A DNA stretch of 64,000 nucleotides from contig CAYOPN010000004.1 in NCBI GenBank assembly GCA_964405835.1, forward strand, positions 4,082-68,081, written 5' to 3'. A program made the translations under genes and the position numbers. Position 1 is the stretch's first letter. Each line of letters opens with the position of its first letter. The notes beneath the pieces are model-generated. The model was given only the letters and a program-made list of their open reading frames with translations. It was not told the DNA's origin and did not search any database. Positions 11,089-18,835 of this stretch are shown here, piece by piece. The DNA is from an uncultured Elusimicrobia bacterium (GTDB lineage: Bacteria; Elusimicrobiota; Elusimicrobia; F11).

Positions 11089-11211
11089 CCCTTTTCGGTA
11101 ACAACATCCCTGTGGCATTGAGATGGCAAACGTGTGACAAAAATTACGTGGAGTAAAAATGAATCCAGGGCTACATCACTCTAAGAGAAGCAGGGAAAAA
11201 GGAGAACCAAA

Positions 11212-11538
11212 ATGAAAATTCGTTACCTCTTAAGCGCCATCCTGTTTCTCGCATTCTCCTCTCAAGTTTTCGCCCTCCAAATTTCAGGCCCTGCCGAAAT
11301 CAGCAAAAAAGAAAAAGCGGTCATCACGATCACGCTTGCCGCCAACGAAAGCAAAGACGGGCTTCACTTTCACGTCACGACGCGCGCCAACGGGACTGTC
11401 GAAGCCCCGATGATCTGGACCGGAAACAGCGGCCAGGTTGAATTGGAAGGACTGCCGACGGGCTCCGTGATTCTTTCGATCACGAGGAACGACGCGCGCA
11501 AACCCTTATGCACGAAGGGCATGAAGGTGTTGCCATGA
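11212..11538 (+). CDS. small secreted hypothetical protein
   Basis: An AAGGAG-type RBS precedes the ATG. It has a signal peptide LLSAILFLAFSSQVFA. Its stop overlaps the next start (ATGA). Confidence 0.5.
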   Translation: MKIRYLLSAILFLAFSSQVFALQISGPAEISKKEKAVITITLAANESKDGLHFHVTTRANGTVEAPMIWTGNSGQVELEGLPTGSVILSITRNDARKPLCTKGMKVLP

Positions 11539-14500
11539 ACTTCTTTAAACGCCTCGCTCTTTTCGGCTTCATTTTCAGCACCGGTTCCGCGGCTTTCGCG
11601 GCCTATACGATCACACGCACCGACGGCGGAAACAACACGTTGCTCGTCCAAGGCCGCGAATACGAATACGTGATCACGAACACCAATACTCCGATCCGCC
11701 TCGAAGACGTATTCATCGATGTCAGCTCTCCGAACCATGACATCATGGTGGCCCCCGGCGTGCAGACCGGCCCCAACAAATTCTCTGTCGACAACAACGG
11801 CCAGTTGGTCATCAGCATCCGTTTCCATAACCAAGGGTCCTATTCGTTAACGGTCCGTAACTCGCAGGACTCGAACAACCGGGGCACACTGAACAGCATT
11901 CAAGTGCAACGTTATCCGGTCACCTTTTCTATTACGCCGAGCAACCCGACCGTTAACGCCGCCCAACCTTTTACAATCAATGTGACGGCCATCGATGTTA
12001 ACGGCATTGTCGTGACCGGCTTTGAAGATTCGGTCCAGATCCGCGACAGCCAGCTATCTTCGTTGGTTGGTTTTGTGGATGGCTCGTCCTTCGTAAACGG
12101 CACCGCCACCAATGTGCCGGTGACGGTCCTGGCCGGCAATCTGGCCAACCAATTCACACTAACGCTTACCGGCGAAATCCAGTATTACAATCCGTCCTTG
12201 CCTGCGCCTCACATGAGCCCGAACCCGACTTTGGTCAGCAACATGCTCAATTTGATTCCCGGGGCGTTCCACAAATTGATCATGCTGTTCCCCGGCGAAA
12301 CGTTGAACCCCGGAAGCGGCAAATCGGGAACCGTGACCGACCAACAGTCCGGCGTTCCTGTTTCCCTGGTGACGGTCCGCCGCGTCGACCAGTGGTTCAA
12401 CCCAATCCTGACGAACCCGAACCCGGCTGTCAGCGTCCAATTCACGTCTTCTCAAGTCGGTCAGGACAACCCACCTTTCCCGTTCACGCTTTCGATGACG
12501 AGCCCTTTGCTTTCAATCACCGCGGCAATGAACCAGATTTATTTCGGCGGCAGCGGCGACCGTATCGTCAAAGCGATCCCCGATGGACAGAGCTCGCAAG
12601 AAGACTCTTCGCTGGTTCCGGCCACGCCGGGCCAAGCCGAGTCCTACACAATCGAAATCGTCGGTGTCGCGCCGAACCAGACCGTCGACACCGAGACCCT
12701 GATGCTGGTCCGCGTTCGCGCGTTTGACCAGAACGGCGACCCGCTCACCACACTTTTCGGACAAATTCCCGGCGCCGAAATGCGCGCGCTGCTTGGCAGC
12801 GGACAAGAAAGCCGCGCCTGGGTCGACACCAACGAACCGACGCTTGTTCCCGACAACGTGGTCAATTTCAGCGCCGGCGTGGCAACGATGAATTTGGTCG
12901 TCACCAAGTTCGGTTCCGATGTCCGTCTCCATTATGTGACGCCGGTCCGCGACGCGTTGTCGATCCCGTTTAACGTGGACGTCGGCGCGCCGAACAAAGT
13001 CCATTTCACGATCCGCGGTAAAGCGCCCACCCCGGCGCAAGGCGAGACCTGGACGCCCGGCACCTATCCCGGCAACGGCGGCACGCCCCCGACAGTGAAA
13101 GTGGGGGAGGAACTGGTGGTCGAAGCGCGCATTACCGATAGACGTTGGAACCTGATTTCCGGCGGCGGCGCCAGCTACACGATGCAAATCACGAACACCG
13201 CTAACCATTTTGTCGAGTCCCGCCACATGACCCTTGGGGGCCCGACATATCAGTTCCCGGCCAACGGCGAATTTGCCTTCAATAATGATCCGGCCTTTGA
13301 CCGTTCGTTCCGTGTGAAGTTCCGCACAGCCGGTCCCTCGGCCTCGCCGATTATTCCCGCGCCGCAATTCGCAGGCACCATTTCTCTCGGCACGTTTTTC
13401 AGTTCATCGAACACCGTTGTTCCCGAGGTGTACAGCAAGCTCGTGATCGCGGCCCCGGGAGAAACGCTCCGTCCCGGCACCGACACCGAACCGGACGGAA
13501 AGACGGGCACTCCGTCTTCCCAAGCCGCCGGCGTGCAGTTCAATACGATCGCCTACGCGACCGACCTCTATTTCAATCCGGTGATCAACAGTCCTTTCCC
13601 GACCGTTAATTTCACATTGACCCCCGCGCTGGCCGCGAGTTTCGTGAGCGGCACGCTGCCGGCGGCGATGCAAAGCGGCCAAAGAAATTTCACGGTCACG
13701 CTCGGCAGCGGCACAAACGTGCGTTTGTTCGACAACGCCACGCCGGCCATTTTCCAACAAGTCTCCGTTCCTATTTCCCATGGACCGTTGGACCATTTCC
13801 GTTTGACGTTGAACGCGGTGGGTGACAAAGAAGCCGGTGTTCCTTTCAATGTGACGATCCGCGCGGAAGACCAGTACAACAATCAGGTCCTTAACTTTAA
13901 CCAGGCCGTCGCCTTGACACCCAACACCGGGGCGGCCACGATGAACCCGACCTCGGTCAATTTGGTCAACGGATCGCTCACGCTTGATATGACGATGTTC
14001 GCTTCCACTCCCGCCGCGCGTATTCAGATGTCGCTCGGCAGCGTGATTTCAAACAGCCCGACGTTTGTGGTCCGCGTGAATTCGCAGGGATATCGCCGCT
14101 TGCTCTTGTTGCTGCCGGGGGAAACCTTGGCCCAAGGCACCTTGGCCGGAAAAACCGGGACACCGACGCCGGTCACGGTCGGCGTGGTCAGCATCGCCCG
14201 CGCGTTGGCTTGCGACCTTTATTTCAACCCACTTGATACGGCCGGCACAGTCAGCTTTGCGAGCAACCACTTGTCTCAATTCGGCTCCGCTCAAGGAAAC
14301 CTCGCCAATGTCGACGGACATGGCGAATATTCGACCACTCTTATTTTGAAAAACGCCACCACGCACACGATTACATTGGTGGATGTGAATAACGGGTCGG
14401 TTTCCGGCTCCACGTCGGCCATCCAAGGATTGGTTGGAACTTACAAGAAGCTTCAAGTGCTCGCGCCCGGTGAAACCGCCGACCCGGACCAAGCGAACGG

Positions 14501-17420
14501 CAAGACCGGGACGCCGCTCACCCAAAAAGTTTCGACGCCTTTCACGCTCACCATGCGCGCCGTGGACGACTTCTGGAACCTGGTCACATTCAACGGTGGC
14601 GATACCAATTTATCGGCGAGCATCGTGGCCGCGATGTTCAACCCGCCGAACAACAACGGCGGCGTAAGCCCGCGTCCTTTTACAAATGGCGTGACGACGC
14701 GTGATGCCATTATCGGTCAACAAGGCCTGGTGACACTGACCGTCCGTGACGATGCGAACCTGACCAAACCCGGTCAAAGCGTCGAAGTGCAAGTGGACCC
14801 GGGCCCAATTTATGTGTTCACAACGGCCCAGACCGCTACCGCCGGCCAAGCTTTCCCGCCGGTGACGATCAGTCTTGAAGAAAACGGCGTCCCCGTGAAC
14901 GGCTACAACCGGTCGATATTTTTGACCGCCGATCTCACTTCGGGCGGCCCGGCGTCGGGCGGATTCAACCCGGACGGCTCGCCCCGCGAATACGTGATGA
15001 CCAACGGCCAAGTTGTGATCAACGATTTGAGCTACGCGTATGTTGAAAACATCAAGATCCGTCTTTCCGATGACTTCAACCGCCTTGCTTTCTCGGACCC
15101 GATTGAAGTTATTCCAAGCGGATTAAAATACCGCGTCACGGTCCCTTCCTCCGATGTTATCGCCGGTCCGCCGTCCAACTTTCCTGTGCGCGTGGAACTG
15201 CTTGAACAGAACACCAACACGCTGGTCAAGAACCACGACCATACCGTGGACGTTGCGGTGCTTTCCGCGATCAACGCAACCACCGATGGCGCTTACAGCG
15301 TCACCACCGCCAACTTGGTCCAAGGCGTCGCCAATTTCGCGCAGTCGTACACCAAAGCGGAATCGATCATCATTACTATTACAGAGTCCGCGACCACCGG
15401 TGACCCCAACTTCGTCATTCCGTCGCAAAACAGCAACAACGTGAACGTGGTGGCCGATGGCTACAAGAAACTTTTGTTGGTGATGCCCGGTGAGACCCAC
15501 GTGCCGGGCGTGACCTCCGCCACCGGTAAGACCGGAACGCCGACGTCACGTCAGAAAGGCGTACCGTTCCTGGCCCAAGTGCGCGGCGTGGACCAATACT
15601 GGAACGTCGCTCAGTCATTCAGTGGCGGCGCCATCCGTTTTGAATCGAACGACTTACCGCCCTCCATCATGTTGACCAATCCCACAAACCAGGACGCGCC
15701 GCTCGTGAACGGTGAAAGCGCTTCCTTTATCCACATGGACAACCCGGGCAGCTGGTCGGTGACGGTAAAAGACTCGAACAATTCCTTGATCAGCGTGCAA
15801 TCGGTGTTGTTGGCCGTTGGTGGCCTCTATTACCAAGTGGACGGCATCCCGGCCCAAGTCCACGCCGGCCCACCCACGCAATTCACGATGAACGTGACGC
15901 TTTACGATTCGATAACAAACCTGCCGGTCACAAGCGCGAACCAGGCTCTCATACTGGAAGCGCGTTATGCGAACGGCACGTTGGCCGCGGGCAACCTCGG
16001 CATCACCAGCGCCCAATTGTCCAACGGCACGGTCGGCATCACAAACCAGAGTTATTCGATCGCAGAAAATATCTTCATCCACGTCCGCGACGCCATCGGC
16101 AACACGGGCTCGAGCGCCATCATTAACTTCATCCCGCGCCAAGTCCGTTATGTGTTTGAGACGCCGGCCGACGCCGACGTGAACACGCCTTTTAATGTGA
16201 CCATCCGCGCCATCGATCAGGACACCGGCAGCGAAGTGCGGAACTTGAACCGCACCAACACGCTGGCGGCGTTCGCTTCACTCACCGGCCTTCCGGTCAC
16301 CGGCAGCTTTGTTCCGGGCACCGTGAACATCGTTAATGGTACCGGCCAAGTATCGGCCACCTACAACATCGCCGAATCGATCTTCCTTCAAATGACGGAC
16401 TCGACGCCGCTTAATGGCCAAAGTCCGCCCACGCAGCCGACCTATTCTTCCAACGGCTCGATCAACATTCACCCTGGCGCGTTGTCGGATTTGACCGGCA
16501 TTGCCGACTTTGCGATGCAATCCAACGAGACCCGCAATTTCACTGTTACCGCGCTCGATGCGTTCGGCAATATCATCCCCGGCCAAAACTTGGTCTTCCG
16601 CGTGAACGCCATTGACCCGCCCGGACAGATGGCGATGAACGGCCAAGCCGACCTCTATTCGGCCGACGTCAACAGCGCCGGTCAACTGAACGTCACTTTC
16701 CGGCCCTCGGTCAACACGAATGGTCTGGTTGAAATCGTGATAGCCGATGGAACACGGCCGAACGGTTACACCAAAACGGTTTTGATCGCCATGAACGGCT
16801 GGACGCTGAACCCGGCGCGCGCGCTCGGTCTTGGCGAAAACCGTATCCCGGTGGGCACGCGTCTGAAACTCGATATCAGCCAACGACCTGGCACCGGCGG
16901 GACCGTCCGTACTTTTTATCGCGTGGACAACGGCCCGTGGCAGCTTTACGACGCGAACAACGGCGTCGCGGGTTTTGATCAAACCCGCAGTTACAACCTC
17001 GAATGGTATTCGGAAGTCTGCTACGACCTGGCTTGTACAAACCCCATCAGCGAACTTTCCATCAGCGGCGCGCCTAACTTTGCCAGCGTGACGACCTATA
17101 TCGTGACGGACAACATCAACGGCTACCCCAGTCCGTTTAACCCGAAAGCGACCGATGGGAACAATTACCTCACGATTCAATACCCGCTTCAAACGGCGAC
17201 AAGCGTGGAAATAGACATCTACGACCTCTTCGGCCAGAAAGTCTGGCACAAGGACATCAACGGAGGGGAGCAAGGCGGGGAAGCGCGGATGGACAACCGG
17301 GTGTTTTGGTTCGGTACCAACGATGAAGGCCACACTGTTGCAAATGGTGGGTATATCGTGACTGTTAAGCCCGGCGGGTCCTCGCAGACAATGAAAACAA
17401 AGGTCCTGGTTGTGAAATAA
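11535..17420 (+). CDS. giant cell-surface protein with Ig-like (Big-type) domains, a 5x repeated PGET/GKTGTP module and a FlgD-Ig/T9SS-CTD-like tail
   Basis: The ATG at 11535 gives a signal peptide MNFFKRLALFGFIFSTGSAAFA. Repeated blocks such as PFNVTIRAEDQYNN and PFNVTIRAIDQDTG resemble invasin/Big-like repeats. The C-terminal YPSPFNPKA...YIVTVKPGG tail is at 17115-17417. Confidence 0.75.
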   Translation: MNFFKRLALFGFIFSTGSAAFAAYTITRTDGGNNTLLVQGREYEYVITNTNTPIRLEDVFIDVSSPNHDIMVAPGVQTGPNKFSVDNNGQLVISIRFHNQGSYSLTVRNSQDSNNRGTLNSIQVQRYPVTFSITPSNPTVNAAQPFTINVTAIDVNGIVVTGFEDSVQIRDSQLSSLVGFVDGSSFVNGTATNVPVTVLAGNLANQFTLTLTGEIQYYNPSLPAPHMSPNPTLVSNMLNLIPGAFHKLIMLFPGETLNPGSGKSGTVTDQQSGVPVSLVTVRRVDQWFNPILTNPNPAVSVQFTSSQVGQDNPPFPFTLSMTSPLLSITAAMNQIYFGGSGDRIVKAIPDGQSSQEDSSLVPATPGQAESYTIEIVGVAPNQTVDTETLMLVRVRAFDQNGDPLTTLFGQIPGAEMRALLGSGQESRAWVDTNEPTLVPDNVVNFSAGVATMNLVVTKFGSDVRLHYVTPVRDALSIPFNVDVGAPNKVHFTIRGKAPTPAQGETWTPGTYPGNGGTPPTVKVGEELVVEARITDRRWNLISGGGASYTMQITNTANHFVESRHMTLGGPTYQFPANGEFAFNNDPAFDRSFRVKFRTAGPSASPIIPAPQFAGTISLGTFFSSSNTVVPEVYSKLVIAAPGETLRPGTDTEPDGKTGTPSSQAAGVQFNTIAYATDLYFNPVINSPFPTVNFTLTPALAASFVSGTLPAAMQSGQRNFTVTLGSGTNVRLFDNATPAIFQQVSVPISHGPLDHFRLTLNAVGDKEAGVPFNVTIRAEDQYNNQVLNFNQAVALTPNTGAATMNPTSVNLVNGSLTLDMTMFASTPAARIQMSLGSVISNSPTFVVRVNSQGYRRLLLLLPGETLAQGTLAGKTGTPTPVTVGVVSIARALACDLYFNPLDTAGTVSFASNHLSQFGSAQGNLANVDGHGEYSTTLILKNATTHTITLVDVNNGSVSGSTSAIQGLVGTYKKLQVLAPGETADPDQANGKTGTPLTQKVSTPFTLTMRAVDDFWNLVTFNGGDTNLSASIVAAMFNPPNNNGGVSPRPFTNGVTTRDAIIGQQGLVTLTVRDDANLTKPGQSVEVQVDPGPIYVFTTAQTATAGQAFPPVTISLEENGVPVNGYNRSIFLTADLTSGGPASGGFNPDGSPREYVMTNGQVVINDLSYAYVENIKIRLSDDFNRLAFSDPIEVIPSGLKYRVTVPSSDVIAGPPSNFPVRVELLEQNTNTLVKNHDHTVDVAVLSAINATTDGAYSVTTANLVQGVANFAQSYTKAESIIITITESATTGDPNFVIPSQNSNNVNVVADGYKKLLLVMPGETHVPGVTSATGKTGTPTSRQKGVPFLAQVRGVDQYWNVAQSFSGGAIRFESNDLPPSIMLTNPTNQDAPLVNGESASFIHMDNPGSWSVTVKDSNNSLISVQSVLLAVGGLYYQVDGIPAQVHAGPPTQFTMNVTLYDSITNLPVTSANQALILEARYANGTLAAGNLGITSAQLSNGTVGITNQSYSIAENIFIHVRDAIGNTGSSAIINFIPRQVRYVFETPADADVNTPFNVTIRAIDQDTGSEVRNLNRTNTLAAFASLTGLPVTGSFVPGTVNIVNGTGQVSATYNIAESIFLQMTDSTPLNGQSPPTQPTYSSNGSINIHPGALSDLTGIADFAMQSNETRNFTVTALDAFGNIIPGQNLVFRVNAIDPPGQMAMNGQADLYSADVNSAGQLNVTFRPSVNTNGLVEIVIADGTRPNGYTKTVLIAMNGWTLNPARALGLGENRIPVGTRLKLDISQRPGTGGTVRTFYRVDNGPWQLYDANNGVAGFDQTRSYNLEWYSEVCYDLACTNPISELSISGAPNFASVTTYIVTDNINGYPSPFNPKATDGNNYLTIQYPLQTATSVEIDIYDLFGQKVWHKDINGGEQGGEARMDNRVFWFGTNDEGHTVANGGYIVTVKPGGSSQTMKTKVLVVK

Positions 17421-17433
17421 AAAGGCGATCCCA

Positions 17434-18792
17434 ATGTCAAACTTAACCCTCAAATCGAATCTCAAAATCGCACTGGTTTTAACACTGGTTGCGGGCACTT
17501 TTGAGAACCAGGCCTGGGCGGCTTCCTCTTACGGCCAAGCCTCGGACCTGTTTAATGTGGGGGCGGGCGCGCGTTCCATGGCGATGGGCGGCGCTTTCAC
17601 AGGTTTAGCTGACGATGCTTCCGCTCCGTATTTCAATCCCGCCGGTTTGGCGTTCCTGGACGAACATCAGTTGATGGTGATGCACGCGCCGCTCTTTATT
17701 GATACCAGCTACAACTACATCGCTTCCGCCAACCCGCTCGGAGACCGTTTGGGTGCGCTGGCCTTGTCCGATGCCATGTTGTTGTCCGACGGCTTTCAGC
17801 TTCGCGATACCAACAACCAGTTGCTCGACGAAAATGGCTCGCTTAACAACAACGCCATCCTCGGTTCTTACGCCCGCAAGATCACACAAAAACTTGCCGT
17901 CGGTGGAAACGCCAAATTTATCCAACAGAAAGTGGCCGGTTTTTCGGACAGCACGCTCGGCATGGATGCGGGCGTCCTTTATAAACCGGCGCCGGTGATC
18001 AGCATGGGGCTCTTTTTGGGAAACTTCAATTCGCCCAGCATCAAACTTCAGACGTCCGAAGATATTTATCGCCCGATCACGCGTTTTGGCTTGGCTTCAG
18101 AGATTTTTAAAGGCCGTTTGGTCCTCACCGCGGACATGACCAAGGTCAGCCAGCAGGACAACCTGTTCGCCGCCGGCGCCGAGTTGGCCGCCAACCGCTT
18201 TTTCTCGATCCGGACTGGTTTTAACGCGAACCGGAGTTACACTCTCGGCATGGGCCTCAATATGAAAAAACTGCGCGTGGACTATGCGTTCAGCAACACG
18301 GACATCGGCCAGTTCAACAAAGTTTCTCTCACCTACGCGTGGGCGAACATTTACAAGACAGACATCGAACCTCCGATGAAAGAAGGCCGCGCGATTTACC
18401 CTCTCAGCGGGTTTGAAAACCAAGTTGTGTTCAAGACCTCGGTCCCGTCACACTCGGTCGCCAAATGGACCTTGGACATCACCGATGCGGAAGGAAAACA
18501 AGTTCGCCGCTTGGAAGGCGACCTCCACCCGCCGGCCGAAATCAACTGGGACGCCAAGAACAACATCGGCGCTCCGACGGTTGACGGCACCTACAACTAC
18601 CACTTTACGGTCAACTACAAGAACGGCAAGAGATGGGAGAACGAAGGCAACCTGAAACTCGCTCTCCCCGATCACGAACGCAAAGAAGTGATCGACATGA
18701 GCCTGGAGCTGAACGGCGCAAAAGAAGGCGAGATGACCGCCGAAACCAATTCAGAAGCCGAAGTGATGCCGCAACCGGAGGCGGCGCAGTAA
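17434..18792 (+). CDS. PorV/PorQ-family-like outer-membrane barrel with a C-terminal FlgD-Ig-like domain
   Basis: It has a signal peptide, and NVGAGARSMAMGGAFTGLADDASAPYFNPAGLAFL matches the PorV/PorQ block. A FlgD_ig-like segment (KWTLDITDAEGKQVRRLEGDL...INWDAKNNIGAPTVDGTYNYHFTV) follows the barrel. Confidence 0.65.
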   Translation: MSNLTLKSNLKIALVLTLVAGTFENQAWAASSYGQASDLFNVGAGARSMAMGGAFTGLADDASAPYFNPAGLAFLDEHQLMVMHAPLFIDTSYNYIASANPLGDRLGALALSDAMLLSDGFQLRDTNNQLLDENGSLNNNAILGSYARKITQKLAVGGNAKFIQQKVAGFSDSTLGMDAGVLYKPAPVISMGLFLGNFNSPSIKLQTSEDIYRPITRFGLASEIFKGRLVLTADMTKVSQQDNLFAAGAELAANRFFSIRTGFNANRSYTLGMGLNMKKLRVDYAFSNTDIGQFNKVSLTYAWANIYKTDIEPPMKEGRAIYPLSGFENQVVFKTSVPSHSVAKWTLDITDAEGKQVRRLEGDLHPPAEINWDAKNNIGAPTVDGTYNYHFTVNYKNGKRWENEGNLKLALPDHERKEVIDMSLELNGAKEGEMTAETNSEAEVMPQPEAAQ

Positions 18793-18835
18793 TCACGCAG
18801 TAAGAGCACGTCACACAGAAGAGGGGAACAGACAC

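Noticed and set aside
11113-11128. TGGCATtgagaTGGCA as an independent sigma-54 promoter.
   Set aside because: The -12 element reads TGGCA rather than TTGCA. I kept it only as a note attached to the stronger site 40 nt upstream.
16278-17498. Long antisense ORFs: 406 aa here, plus 20093..21439 (448 aa), 48773..49807 (344 aa), 12513..13367 (284 aa), 34458..35351 (297 aa) and many shorter ones.
   Set aside because: Each lies fully inside a sense-strand gene with strong family motifs. Their translations are Arg/Gly/Val/His-rich low-information sequence typical of shadow ORFs in GC-rich DNA. None has an RBS or a recognisable domain.
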